Notes: a model not told the origin generated them from the letters alone. Shown: positions 1 to 10,362, counted from the first letter of the stretch. The stretch: 64,000 nucleotides of DNA from Candidatus Krumholzibacteriia bacterium (GCA_963836185.1 CAWIIQ010000001.1:2240001-2304000); one strand, 5' to 3'. Numbers and translations: made by a program.

Positions 1-1
1 G

Positions 2-1429
2 ATCCATTATGGAGGTCCCGGAGCACTATTCTGGATGTGGGTGACCGCTATCCTCGGATGCGCCTCAAAATACGCCGAATGTACGCTCAGCAACCACTAC
101 CGCGAGATCCATGAGGACGAGACCGTGTCGGGCGGGCCCATGTACTACATAGAGAAGGGTATGGGAAAGAACTGGAAGTGGCTCGCGATCATCTTCGCCG
201 CCTGCGCTGTCATCTCCTCGTTCGGAAGCGGCAACGCGGTCCAGGCCTTCACCGTCGCCGACTCTTTCAGAAGCGATTTCGGGATTCCGACCTGGATCAC
301 CGGGGCGGTCAGCGCGTCGCTCGTCGCCATGGTGATAATCGGGGGCATCAAGAGGATCGGACGGGTGACGAGCAGGCTCGTGCCTTTCATGTCGATCATA
401 TATTTTCTCGGCGCGATCACTGTCCTTTTCCTCAACGCTCCGAGGATCCCCGCCGCGATCATGACGATTTTCAACGACGCCTTCACCGCCAAGGCGGGGG
501 TCGGAGGATTCTTCGGCTCGACCTTCATGTTCATGATGGTATGGGGAGTAAAGAGGGGTATATTCTCCAATGAGGCGGGGCAGGGAAGCGCTCCTATCGC
601 GCACGCGGCGGCGAAGACCGACGAACCCGTACGCGAGGGTCTCGTCGCGATGATGGGGCCCTACATCGACACACTGCTGATATGTACACTGACAGGACTG
701 GTCATCGTCACAGTCGGCGTATGGCACGGCAAGAAGGTCGAGGCGGTGCCGTTCACCAGGCAGTCAGACATCACGGTGCTGGCCGGCCCGGGGGAGATCG
801 GGGTGAACGGCCATGTCGAAGATACGGACCGGATGACAGGCGCCTTCGCTGTCAGCCGGGGCGAGGCATCAGGCGTCTCGTTCGTAAGAAATGACAGCTT
901 TGTCGATGACGCCCTCATACTGCGCGGAGACGAGGCTTTCAACGGTACCTGTGAGATCGACGAGGATGGTACGGCTATCTTCACCGACGAATTCGGCGGC
1001 GCCGTTCCCGGTACCGACCTCCAGCTCGCCGGAGAGATGGCTCAGAACGGATCGCCGCTGACAGCGTGGGCGTTCAAAACGGGACTGGCGCCGATCACGA
1101 GCGGCGGCAACTATATAGTGACCATAGCTGTCTTCATGTTCGCGATATCTACTGCCATATCATGGTCGTACTATGGAGACAGATCGATCGAATACCTCTT
1201 CGGGCGAAGTTTCATCATGCCTTACCGTGTCGTTTTCTGTATCGTGCATTTTCTGGCCACCGTACTCTCCCTTGAGATAGTCTGGGGCTTCGGCGATACG
1301 GCGCTCGGAATGATGGCGATTCCGAACCTGATAGCCCTGTTCGCACTGTCGGGTGTAGTGAAGAAACTGACAGTCGATTACTTCTCAAGGGATCACAAGA
1401 GGTATAAAAAGAAGCTTTTCGGAGGATAA
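2..1429 (+). CDS. Alanine/glycine:cation symporter (AGCS family), 5'-truncated by the window edge
   Basis: Frame is open from base 2 (IHYGGPGALFWMW); motifs GGPMYY, KRGIFSNEAGQGSAP and WSYYG are present, with many TM segments. Confidence 0.92.
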   Translation: MHYGGPGALFWMWVTAILGCASKYAECTLSNHYREIHEDETVSGGPMYYIEKGMGKNWKWLAIIFAACAVISSFGSGNAVQAFTVADSFRSDFGIPTWITGAVSASLVAMVIIGGIKRIGRVTSRLVPFMSIIYFLGAITVLFLNAPRIPAAIMTIFNDAFTAKAGVGGFFGSTFMFMMVWGVKRGIFSNEAGQGSAPIAHAAAKTDEPVREGLVAMMGPYIDTLLICTLTGLVIVTVGVWHGKKVEAVPFTRQSDITVLAGPGEIGVNGHVEDTDRMTGAFAVSRGEASGVSFVRNDSFVDDALILRGDEAFNGTCEIDEDGTAIFTDEFGGAVPGTDLQLAGEMAQNGSPLTAWAFKTGLAPITSGGNYIVTIAVFMFAISTAISWSYYGDRSIEYLFGRSFIMPYRVVFCIVHFLATVLSLEIVWGFGDTALGMMAIPNLIALFALSGVVKKLTVDYFSRDHKRYKKKLFGG

Positions 1430-1496
1430 GAAGGCGCCGGAGCGCTCCCGGATAAGATATCGCATAGGTAGTATCAACTATAATTAGATGCTATCA

Positions 1497-1525
1497 TTGA
1501 CACCATCGCCCAGACGGGGTATAAT
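1497..1525 (+). promoter_or_regulatory. Consensus sigma70 promoter
   Basis: TTGACA (1497-1502), 17 bp spacer, TATAAT (1520-1525). Confidence 0.85.
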
Positions 1526-1531
1526 TGATAT

Positions 1532-1647
1532 AGAAGTCCCTGCTGAATTGGTGAGGAGAAAGGTTTTGGAGTAAAAAATCCGCGGGCTCAACTCATGAAG
1601 AGTTTGTCCAGAATGCTTCTCCCCCACGGTCTTGGCGGGGGCTTTCT
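1532..1647 (+). ncRNA. Candidate structured small RNA (long irregular hairpin, possibly 6S-like)
   Basis: Lies between the consensus promoter and a terminator; 5' AGAAGUCCCUGCUGA pairs with 3' UUGGCGGGGGCUUUCU and GUGAGGAGAAAGGUUUUGGA pairs with UCCAGAAUGCUUCUCCCCCAC; no substantial ORF. Confidence 0.6.
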
Positions 1648-1676
1648 ACTGTAAAAAAGTGATCCGGAACAGAGAT

Positions 1677-1713
1677 AAAAAAGGCCCCTTCATCCTTGAT
1701 GAAGGGGCCTTTT
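1677..1713. terminator. Bidirectional intrinsic terminator
   Basis: A6-GGCCCCTTCATC-ctt-GATGAAGGGGCC-T4. Confidence 0.9.
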
Positions 1714-1740
1714 CATATCTGCAGTCTCTGAAGCGGCTCT

Positions 1741-2349
1741 CTATTCTTCCCACTTGTCGACGATGCCGTCTCTGAGCCATATATATTTCTTTTTTGTCCG
1801 CTGCCTCGGATCCTTGTAGATCCACTGTTCGGAGACTTCGTTACCGATATCGTTGGAAAGCATCTCGTCCGGCCATCCCCACGACTCGATCGCCGCCTCT
1901 CGAGGCATTCCCTTGAAGAGTTCGCTATCCCTGATCGCCCTCGCCGTGCGCTTACCGTATTCGCGAAGGTTCATCCTGTAGCGCTTTTCCGGATTGTCGT
2001 ACCAGAACATCCTTTCCATGGCCTGCTCGAAGGCTTCGGGGGTCACCGGCCTGTCCAGATTGAGAGCATGCCTGTACTTGCGCTTGTTCGGCCCCCTGAC
2101 GCCAACAGCGGTTCCCCAATGGAGGTCCAGCTCGACGATCTCGACCTCGGTCCCGCGGTCGATGATCCCGGTCTGCTTGATATCGACGACCAGCGCCCTT
2201 GTCCAGGCTGTACGGCCGACGTACTCCTCATTCAGCCTGTCCATTTCCTCGAGGGCTATATCCTTGTCAACAGTCTTCTGGTATGTGCCGCAGCCCGATA
2301 CGATAAGCAACATGCAGACAGCCGGAAGGATAAACTTCTTGCCGTTCAA
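1741..2349 (-). CDS. Hypothetical lipoprotein
   Basis: Lipobox-like LIVSGC after a hydrophobic stretch; AGGAGG upstream of the TTG start; C-terminal GMPREAAIESWGWP...EQWIY resembles BamE/SmpA-like motifs. Confidence 0.75.
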   Translation of the reverse strand: MNGKKFILPAVCMLLIVSGCGTYQKTVDKDIALEEMDRLNEEYVGRTAWTRALVVDIKQTGIIDRGTEVEIVELDLHWGTAVGVRGPNKRKYRHALNLDRPVTPEAFEQAMERMFWYDNPEKRYRMNLREYGKRTARAIRDSELFKGMPREAAIESWGWPDEMLSNDIGNEVSEQWIYKDPRQRTKKKYIWLRDGIVDKWEE

Positions 2350-2426
2350 TCGATTTCCTCCTTATTGACCGTTCATCTGATCACAAAGTCAAAATAGAGA
2401 CATCCCCGCTCATAATCAAGAATTTT

Positions 2427-2792
2427 CTAGGATACTCCCCTCAGAAGGTCGACTGTCATACGGTCTCCGTGCCGGTCGATCTCAACAGAGACCACGTCGA
2501 TCCTTGATTCGGCGAATCCCCCGGGGCCTTCCGGCCGGTTCAGATACCTTCCGGCCGCGCGCCTGATCCCCAGGAGCTTTTCCCTCCCCACCGCTTCGGC
2601 CGCGCCGCCGAACCGGCTGCTCCTTCTAGTCTTGACCTCGACGAAGACGAGACAGTCCCCGTCGGATGCCACGATATCTATCTCATTTCTGCCGATACGC
2701 AGATTTCTCTCGATGATCCCGTATCCGATGAGTCTCAGGTATTCAGCGGCTATCGTCTCTCCGATCCTTCCGCAATCCGCGTTCCCGTTCAC
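2427..2792 (-). CDS. yraN: YraN family (UPF0102) putative endonuclease
   Basis: GE..AAEYL and EIDIVA..LVFVEVKTR motifs; typical position after rnhB. Confidence 0.92.
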   Translation of the reverse strand: MNGNADCGRIGETIAAEYLRLIGYGIIERNLRIGRNEIDIVASDGDCLVFVEVKTRRSSRFGGAAEAVGREKLLGIRRAAGRYLNRPEGPGGFAESRIDVVSVEIDRHGDRMTVDLLRGVS

Positions 2793-2808
2793 ATCATCCT
2801 CCCCTCAC

Positions 2809-3429
2809 TCAGATCTTTACCTGGAAACTCCTCCTGTGCATCGGGCTGCGTCCAAGGCGTCCGATCGCCGCCCTGTGCTCGACCGTCCCATATCCCTTGT
2901 TCCTTTTGAAACCGTAATCGGGATACTCCCCGTCCCTCTCCCGCATGATCCGGTCCCTTGTCACCTTCGCGACGATCGACGCGGCGGCTATTGAGAAACT
3001 CAGCCCGTCTCCGCCCTTGACCGCCTCGCATCGTCCGTAGAGCTTCGGCAGCTGCACGCCGTCGACCAGAACCAGTGAAGGCCGCTTCCCGAGTCCCTCC
3101 ACGGCGATCTTCATCGCCATCAATGTAGCTCTGAGAATATTTATCCGGTCGATCTCATCCTGCCAGACGATACCTGTCGAACAGGCGATACTCTTCTCCA
3201 GGATCAGCTCGTGAAGCGTCTCCCTCTTCTTTTCCGCGACCAGCTTGCTGTCCCTGACCTCGCGAAGCTCCTCACAGGGACCACAGATCACCGCCGCGGC
3301 GACCACCGGCCCTGCCAGGGCGCCCCGGCCTGCTTCATCGACTCCCGCGATGGTCCCGGGCGATTCCCCGGCCCGGCGCCGGTCGAAAAGCACGAGATCC
3401 TCGAATCGGACGCGGGAGGAAGGCGTCAT
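2809..3429 (-). CDS. rnhB: Ribonuclease HII
   Basis: AGVDEAGRGALAGPV, DSK, IAAASIVAKVTRD, KGYGT. Confidence 0.97.
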   Translation of the reverse strand: MTPSSRVRFEDLVLFDRRRAGESPGTIAGVDEAGRGALAGPVVAAAVICGPCEELREVRDSKLVAEKKRETLHELILEKSIACSTGIVWQDEIDRINILRATLMAMKIAVEGLGKRPSLVLVDGVQLPKLYGRCEAVKGGDGLSFSIAAASIVAKVTRDRIMRERDGEYPDYGFKRNKGYGTVEHRAAIGRLGRSPMHRRSFQVKI

Positions 3430-3782
3430 CGCGTAGGCCTGTCGGTCTTCTCCTTGATCCTTGCCGCCTTGCCCTTGAGATTACGAAGGTAGAAGATCCT
3501 CGACCTTCTGACCTTGCCTCTGCGCAGGACCTTGAGTCCGGCGAGGTTGGGCGAATGAAGGGGGAATATCCGCTCTACGGCGATTCCCTGGCTGACTTTC
3601 CTGACCGTGAATGTCGCGCCAACGCCACTGCCCTTCTTCTGGATCACGATTCCCTGGAACGCCTGCACTCTCTCACGTTCTCCCTCAACGACCTTGACGT
3701 CGCACTTGACAGTATCGCCAACAGCGAACTGCGGGAGCTCGTCCCTGATCTGCTTTGCGGAAATCTGATCGAGGATATCCAT
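3426..3782 (-). CDS. rplS: 50S ribosomal protein L19
   Basis: F.VGDTV, ERVQAFQG, TFTVRK, ERIFP, GKVRR; start placed at MDILDQ after GGAGG. Confidence 0.97.
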   Translation of the reverse strand: MDILDQISAKQIRDELPQFAVGDTVKCDVKVVEGERERVQAFQGIVIQKKGSGVGATFTVRKVSQGIAVERIFPLHSPNLAGLKVLRRGKVRRSRIFYLRNLKGKAARIKEKTDRPTR

Positions 3783-3873
3783 CTCTCCTCCTTGAAACAA
3801 TTGATCTCTGTCCGTTCTTCCCGGATCATCGACTCCGCCTTCGGGCGGACGACTCCGGTCATCTTTCAAATGG

Positions 3874-4590
3874 TCACGTCTGCCGCTTATCTTCCCCGCT
3901 GTCATCCAGCAGGTCGGGCCGCAGCCGTCTCGTCCTTTCCAGCGCCGATTCTTTCCTCCACTCGTCGATCTTCGCGTGGTTTCCCGACTGGAGGATCTCC
4001 GGGATCTTCAGGCCCCTGTATTCCGGGGGCCTCGTGAAATACGCGGCGTCGAGCATGAACTCCCTGTCTCGCGAGAAGGAATCGGTATCCCTGCTCCGCT
4101 CGTCGCCTATCACTCCCGGCAGATGCCTTACGACGGCATCGGCCACTGCCAGGGCGGGAAGTTCCCCGCCGCTCAGTATATAATCACCGATAGATATAGT
4201 ATCGGTTATTACCAGTTCTTCGACCCTGGCATCGATCCCCTTGTAGCGCCCGCAGACCAGTACGATCTTTTCGTGCCGGGCCAGTTCGATCGAGATCGAC
4301 TGGTCGAATCTCCTGCCCGCCGGCGACATGAGGATCACGGGGACCTCACCCGCCTCTTCGGCCGTTCTTGCCGATTCGACAGCTTCGACGACCGGGGGCG
4401 CCATCATGATCATGCCCGGCCCCCCGCCGTAGGGATAATCGTCTACCGAACCATGCTTGTCGACCGCGAAATCCCTGAGATCGATGACCGTATAGTCAGC
4501 GATCCCCTTTTTCGCCGCGATATCAAGCATCCCCGAGGCAAGCGGTCCGGTCATCATTCCCGGGAAGATCGTAATGAAACAGATCTCCAT
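3874..4590 (-). CDS. trmD: tRNA (guanine37-N1)-methyltransferase
   Basis: VDDYPYGGGPGM, CGRYKGID, SIGDYILSGGE, SGNHAKI. Confidence 0.97.
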   Translation of the reverse strand: MEICFITIFPGMMTGPLASGMLDIAAKKGIADYTVIDLRDFAVDKHGSVDDYPYGGGPGMIMMAPPVVEAVESARTAEEAGEVPVILMSPAGRRFDQSISIELARHEKIVLVCGRYKGIDARVEELVITDTISIGDYILSGGELPALAVADAVVRHLPGVIGDERSRDTDSFSRDREFMLDAAYFTRPPEYRGLKIPEILQSGNHAKIDEWRKESALERTRRLRPDLLDDSGEDKRQT

Positions 4591-4603
4591 TCCCTGCCTC
4601 TCC

Positions 4604-5128
4604 TCACCACTCTATGTCGAGCAGTCCCTCGGGAGGATCGATTATTATAACGCCGGCCTCAAGATCCGTCTCGATGACGACCTCGGGCACTAAGGGTATG
4701 GCTCTTCTGCCATTTTCCGTCTCTACGATCAGGCACCTCTGCGCGGGCCCGATCAGCATGTCCACGACGGTTCCCGCACGGTCACCGTTTTTCACCCTCA
4801 CCTCGGCGCCCATCACCTGGAAGGGCTTGAGCTCTTCAGGCAGCTGCCCCTCGGCAAGAGAGTCGAGCGGGATATCAAGCCTGCTTCCGATGACCGACTC
4901 GGCATCGTCACGCGACTCGAGGCCGCTCAACTTGATGACATACGTATTGCCTTTCGGCCTGTATTTCTCTACCCGGACAGTACGGTGATCGTCGTCCGCC
5001 GACACAAGGTCAAGACCCTCCAGCGCGAGCGCTTCGGTCCAGAAATCGGGACTGGGGAGAAGCTTGATCTCTCCCTTCAGGCCGACGGCTTTCACGATGC
5101 TCCCGAGTGTTGCTGTCACCGACGTCAT
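4604..5128 (-). CDS. rimM: 16S rRNA processing protein RimM
   Basis: G.IVKAVGLKGE N-terminus and PRC-barrel C-terminus (IP...PPEGLL); conserved operon position. Confidence 0.92.
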   Translation of the reverse strand: MTSVTATLGSIVKAVGLKGEIKLLPSPDFWTEALALEGLDLVSADDDHRTVRVEKYRPKGNTYVIKLSGLESRDDAESVIGSRLDIPLDSLAEGQLPEELKPFQVMGAEVRVKNGDRAGTVVDMLIGPAQRCLIVETENGRRAIPLVPEVVIETDLEAGVIIIDPPEGLLDIEW

Positions 5129-5138
5129 CTTCCGCTCC

Positions 5139-5384
5139 CTATTCGCGGATCTCCAGGAGGACCTTTTCGCCCATTCTTGTGGCCGCGGCGTTCACCAGGG
5201 CCCTGAGAGCCTTGGCAGTCTGCCCGTTCCTTCCGATGACCTTGCCTACATCGGCCTTGTCAACGGAAAGTACCAGTATGGTAGTATTGTCGCGGGTCTC
5301 CTCTGACAACCTGATAGCGTCCGGCTTGTCGACGAGCATCTCGGATATCCGCCGGATCATCGTATTTATCTTCTCAGTCTTCAT
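5139..5384 (-). CDS. khpA: KH-domain RNA-binding protein (KhpA/UPF0109)
   Basis: LVDKPD and DVGKVIGRNGQTAKALR; between rpsP and rimM. Confidence 0.92.
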   Translation of the reverse strand: MKTEKINTMIRRISEMLVDKPDAIRLSEETRDNTTILVLSVDKADVGKVIGRNGQTAKALRALVNAAATRMGEKVLLEIRE

Positions 5385-5427
5385 TGTTCATTTACCTTCG
5401 AAGAAGACAATCGTACTGAAAAGTCCG

Positions 5428-6015
5428 TCAGGACTTCTCCTCTTTGCCCGGCTCCTCCGCAGGAGTCTCAGCCTCTTCCGCCGGCGCCTCGGCGGGAGCC
5501 TCCGCAGGAGCCTCAGCCTCTTCCACAGGCGCCTCGGGCGCCTTGGGAGCCTCAGCGGGAGTCTCAGCCTCTTCAGCAGGCGCCTCGACAGGCTTGGCTT
5601 CTTCCTCGGCAGCCTTGGCCGCCGCTTCCTCGGCCGCCTTGGCGGCAATAATCGCCTTCTTGGAAAGCTTCGTCTTCTCCTTCGTCTCGGCCTTGGGCTG
5701 CTTTTCCCTTCTCTCCTCGATCTTCGCGTTCACCTCGGCGACCGTGAGGCCGGTCTTGAACAGCTCCCACCTCTCGAGGATGCCCTGCGCCTTGAGAAGG
5801 TTCGCCGCGCTTTCTGTCGGAAGCGCGCCGTTGCCGAGCCACTTGTAGACCTTGTCCTCGTCGATCTTGATCTCGGCGGGCTCTACCATCGGATTGTAAT
5901 GTCCAAGGTTCTCGAGGAACCGTCCATCACGCGGCGAGCGAGAATCAGCCGCTATGAGCCGGTAGAAGGGCCGCTTCTTCGAGCCCATCTTCTTCAGTCT
6001 GATCTTGACTGCCAA
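5428..6015 (-). CDS. rpsP: 30S ribosomal protein S16 with long Ala/Glu/Pro-rich C-terminal tail
   Basis: [19 protein letters not shown]...[16 protein letters not shown]. Confidence 0.97.
   Translation of the reverse strand: MAVKIRLKKMGSKKRPFYRLIAADSRSPRDGRFLENLGHYNPMVEPAEIKIDEDKVYKWLGNGALPTESAANLLKAQGILERWELFKTGLTVAEVNAKIEERREKQPKAETKEKTKLSKKAIIAAKAAEEAAAKAAEEEAKPVEAPAEEAETPAEAPKAPEAPVEEAEAPAEAPAEAPAEEAETPAEEPGKEEKS
5450..5645 (-). repeat. Degenerate coding tandem repeats ([10 protein letters not shown] / AEEAAAKA) in the S16 tail
   Basis: Repeated + strand units such as gcaggag(t/c)ctcagcctcttcc. Confidence 0.7.
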
Positions 6016-6045
6016 TTTGACCTCCGTGTCAGGTATCCCTCTCGA

Positions 6046-7392
6046 TTACGAGAAGGGAAAACCGGCGGGCTTCTTGCCCGCAAATCCCGCGGGCATTTTG
6101 CCCGACAGTTTGGAAAAACGCTTCATCATCTTACGCATCTGCTGAAACTGGTTGAGCAGCTTGTTGACGTCCTGGACGCTCGATCCGCTTCCCTTCGCGA
6201 TACGCTTCCTCCTCGACCCGTCGATGAGCTGCGGGGAACGCCGCTCATCAGGGGTCATGGAGCGAATGATCGCCTCCAGTTTCTTCATCTCGGTCTCACC
6301 GACGCCGGATGCCAGAGCTTTGTCGACCTTCATCCCCGGGATCATCCCGATGATCTGGTCCACAGGGCCCATCTTCTTCAGCCGCTGAAGCTGGTCGAGG
6401 AAGTCTTCGAGGGTGAAAGACTCCTTTCGAATCCTGCGCTCGAGCTCCCTGGCTTCCTTCTCGTCGATCGTCTCCTGGGCTCTTTCGACGAGAGACATCA
6501 CGTCTCCCATGCCCAGGATCCTTCCCGCCATCCTGTCGGGATGAAAGGCCTCCAGATCCGAGACCTTCTCGCCGACACAGGCGAATTTTATCGGTACGCC
6601 CGTTACCGCGCGGACCGAAAGTGCGGCGCCGCCCCGTGAGTCACCGTCGAGCTTGGTGAGGACGACACCGGTAAAATCTATCTTTTTCTTGAACTCCGCG
6701 GCGACATTGACTGCCTCCTGGCCCGTCATGCTGTCGAGAACGAGGAGTATCTCTTCAGGGTCGAGTATCTCTCCTATCGCGGAGAGCTCGTCCATCATCT
6801 CATGGTCGATATGCAGCCGTCCCGCCGTATCGATGATGAGGGTGTCCTTCAGGGTCTTTCTCGCCTCCGTCGCGGCGCCGCGGACTATATCCGCGACCGG
6901 CACATGGTCGCCCGGAGCATATACCGGAACTCCGATCTCGCCGGCCAGTACCTTGAGCTGCTCGATTGCAGCCGGCCGGTATATGTCGGCAGCGACAAGA
7001 AGCGGTTTCCGCCCCCTCTTCATGAGGGTGACGGCGAGCTTCGCGCAGAAACTCGTCTTCCCGGCGCCCTGTAGACCGCACACCATCACCGTTGCCGGTG
7101 ATCCCGAAAGATCGAAACCGGCCGGTGTGGAGCCGAGAAGACCAACGAGTTCCTCGTTGACTATCTTTATGACCTGCTGGTCGGGAGAAAGGCTGTCGAG
7201 CACCTTGCGGCCGATCGCCCTTTCGCCGACACGGCCGACGAACTCCTTTACTACCTTGTAGTTAACATCGGCCTCGAGGAGAGCCCTGCGGACCTCCTTC
7301 ATGGCAGCCTGGATGTGACTCTCGCGGACCTTCCCGTGTCCACGCAGATCCTTGAAGACTCGCGCGAACTTATTTCCGAGATCCTGGAACAA
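6046..7392 (-). CDS. ffh: Signal recognition particle protein Ffh
   Basis: RRALLEADVN, GLQGAGKT, DTAGR, TKLDGDSRGG and a Met-rich M domain; start placed at TTG (MFQDL). Confidence 0.97.
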   Translation of the reverse strand: MFQDLGNKFARVFKDLRGHGKVRESHIQAAMKEVRRALLEADVNYKVVKEFVGRVGERAIGRKVLDSLSPDQQVIKIVNEELVGLLGSTPAGFDLSGSPATVMVCGLQGAGKTSFCAKLAVTLMKRGRKPLLVAADIYRPAAIEQLKVLAGEIGVPVYAPGDHVPVADIVRGAATEARKTLKDTLIIDTAGRLHIDHEMMDELSAIGEILDPEEILLVLDSMTGQEAVNVAAEFKKKIDFTGVVLTKLDGDSRGGAALSVRAVTGVPIKFACVGEKVSDLEAFHPDRMAGRILGMGDVMSLVERAQETIDEKEARELERRIRKESFTLEDFLDQLQRLKKMGPVDQIIGMIPGMKVDKALASGVGETEMKKLEAIIRSMTPDERRSPQLIDGSRRKRIAKGSGSSVQDVNKLLNQFQQMRKMMKRFSKLSGKMPAGFAGKKPAGFPFS

Positions 7393-7490
7393 AGGGACAC
7401 ATCCCGCTCGTAAAAGACCTAAAATAACACGATTACCTATGGCTGGCAAGTGAAAACGGGGAGAACCGCATTATAGTGGAAACGGGCCTC

Positions 7491-8145
<655 letters not shown>

Positions 8146-8174
<29 letters not shown>

Positions 8175-8889
8175 TCGTCCCACCTTCCTTTATCGAGTAT
8201 CCGGCAGGAGGATTCTGAGACAGTATCGTCCCCGGGAACCTGTCCTTGTCCCGCCTGCTCACGACCCGCGTCACGTGGAATCCGCCTCTTTCAAGACGCT
8301 CCCTGACAAAAAGGAGGTCCTTGCCGGTAAGGTCGGGCATGAGAAAGACGGCGGGCTCGCCTGTCATATAGAGAAGCAGGTCGACAGAAGATCCTATCGG
8401 CGCCGGCGCCCCTCCCTGCGGGGTCGACGCGGCCACCCTGTTCGGCCCGGTGTCTGCCGTAAAGATGCGCGAGAGGCTTCCGCGGCTCAATCGCGCGCTT
8501 TCAAGTCCCAGCTCGGCCTCCCGCAGAGATCTGCCGGCAAGGTCGGGGACTTCCTCCATCTGAACCCCCGAGCTTGTGATCACCTTGACGGTCCTTCTGC
8601 CCTTGAGCCCCTCACCCGGCGAGGGATCCTGGTCCAGGACATACCCGGCAGGCGAGTTGCCGGAGTATCTCTCGCCGGTCACCATCAGATTCAGGCCGCT
8701 TTCCCTGCATGCCTCTTCGGCGGCTTCAAGCGGGATGCCCTTGAGCTCCGGCACGATCACAATATCACCACGCCCCGTAAGAACCGGCAGTATCACAAAG
8801 TTGAACACGGCCATCCCGAGGATGAAGATTCCCGCGACGGCAGCCGTGTATATCAGAAAGGGATGATATCCCTTCTTACCCTCACTCAT
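8146..8889 (-). CDS. Membrane-anchored PASTA-repeat protein (3 PASTA domains, no kinase)
   Basis: One N-terminal TM segment, then VPELKG, VPDLAG and MPDLTG repeats with Q.P.PG motifs. Confidence 0.88.
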
Positions 8890-9832
8890 TGCTTTCTCCT
8901 CCAAGTACCACGCCTTCCTGAAGGCCCGCTCCTCTAAGAAACTCTTCGGCGGGCAGGATCTTTTTCCCTTCGGCCTGCAGCATAGTCAATCTCACCGATC
9001 CAGAAGCGCAGGCGACTTCGATGATCCCGCCCGACGCCTTCATGACCGTTCCCGGCATTGTCCCGACGGCCGGGCCTTCGCCAGGTTCGGACCTGTGGAC
9101 CTTGATCAGCCTCCTGCCGGCACTCGTATGACTGCCGGGCCAGGGATTCATGCCTCTTATATGATTATGCACCGAAATGGCCTCTTTGTTCCAGTCGATC
9201 AGTCCGTCGCTCTTCTTAAGCAGGGGCGCGAATGTCACCCCTTCATCGGGCTGCTCGACCGGTTCGAGCCCCTCGCCCGTGATCCTGTCCAGCGTCTCGA
9301 CAAGCAGGGGGCCTCCTTCTTCGGCCAGCCTGTCGAAGAGGTCGCCAGCCGTATCCATCGGTCCGACAGGGACCTTCCTGCGCGAGTAGACCGGACCGGC
9401 GTCGAGGGCCCTGACCATCCTCATGATCGAAATACCCGTTTCGGCGTCACCCGCTGCTACAGCCATGTTTACCGGACTGGCCCCCCTCCATCTGGGAAGA
9501 AGCGAGGCATGGACGTTGACGCAGGATATGGCAGGGAGCTCCAGCGCTCTCTTCGGAAATATAAGGCCGAAAGCGGCGACGATAAAAAGATCCGGCTCGA
9601 GGCCGGCAAAGAATTCGAATGCTCCCTCGTCCCTGAAGCTCTTCATCACCATGACGGGAAGTCCCAGCTCTTCGGCTGCTTTCCTGACGGCGGTCGGGGA
9701 ACTTTTCATTCCCCTGCCGGCCCGGCGGTCGGGTTGTGTCACGACGAGCACGGGGCGGTATGCCGATCCGTCCAGGGCCTTCAGCGACGGCACCGCGAAA
9801 TCGGGGGAACCGAAGAATACGACGCGCGGCAT
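8882..9832 (-). CDS. fmt: Methionyl-tRNA formyltransferase
   Basis: VFFGSPDFAVPSL, VVTQPDR, NVHASLLPRWRGASP. Confidence 0.97.
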   Translation of the reverse strand: MPRVVFFGSPDFAVPSLKALDGSAYRPVLVVTQPDRRAGRGMKSSPTAVRKAAEELGLPVMVMKSFRDEGAFEFFAGLEPDLFIVAAFGLIFPKRALELPAISCVNVHASLLPRWRGASPVNMAVAAGDAETGISIMRMVRALDAGPVYSRRKVPVGPMDTAGDLFDRLAEEGGPLLVETLDRITGEGLEPVEQPDEGVTFAPLLKKSDGLIDWNKEAISVHNHIRGMNPWPGSHTSAGRRLIKVHRSEPGEGPAVGTMPGTVMKASGGIIEVACASGSVRLTMLQAEGKKILPAEEFLRGAGLQEGVVLGGESNE

Positions 9833-9839
9833 CGCAGAA

Positions 9840-10355
9840 TCACTCCCGCTTTCCCTGCCGGGAGAGGTCCCTGAGCTTTCCCCTGACCAGCGTCTTCCTC
9901 CCGAAAGAAAGGCGGTCGACAAACAGCACGCCATCGAGATGGTCCAGCTCGTGCTGGATTATCCTCGAAACGAGCCCGTCTACCCGGATGCAGTGCTTTG
10001 TGCCGCGGAGATCCTGGTACTCGACCTCTATATCTACAGGTCTCTCGACTTTTCCCCTGACGCCGGGCACACTGAGGCACCCCTCCTCGATGCAGTCAGT
10101 CTCGTCGCTGCACGTCAGGATCCGCGGATTGACAAGTGTGAGCAGAGTGTCCGGATTATATGGATCCGGGTTCACCACGGCGATACGGCGCGAGACTCCT
10201 ACCTGCGGCGCGGCAAGTCCGACGCCCTCTTCGACGAACATCGTCTCGACCATCTTCGCGACCAGGTCCTCGAGCTCCTCGTTGAAATCATCGACATCGG
10301 CGGTATCGCCGCGAAGTATCTCGTCTCCGTATATCCTTATCCTGAACGTTTCCAT
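9840..10355 (-). CDS. def: Peptide deformylase
   Basis: GVGLAAPQVG, EGCLS, QHELDHLDG. Confidence 0.98.
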   Translation of the reverse strand: METFRIRIYGDEILRGDTADVDDFNEELEDLVAKMVETMFVEEGVGLAAPQVGVSRRIAVVNPDPYNPDTLLTLVNPRILTCSDETDCIEEGCLSVPGVRGKVERPVDIEVEYQDLRGTKHCIRVDGLVSRIIQHELDHLDGVLFVDRLSFGRKTLVRGKLRDLSRQGKRE

Positions 10356-10362
10356 TGCCAGA

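Noticed and set aside
1532-1647. SRP (4.5S) RNA, given that ffh is nearby
   Set aside because: No GNRA-capped helix with the CAGG/AGCA internal loop.
5450-5645. Repeats as a CRISPR array or mobile element
   Set aside because: They are in-frame, degenerate and inside rpsP. I saw no CRISPR array, cas gene, transposase or integrase anywhere in the window.
5107-6639. Long antisense ORFs (510 aa here; also 11371-12987 and 33053-34624)
   Set aside because: Shadows of well-conserved genes on the opposite strand in GC-rich DNA, with no recognisable motifs.
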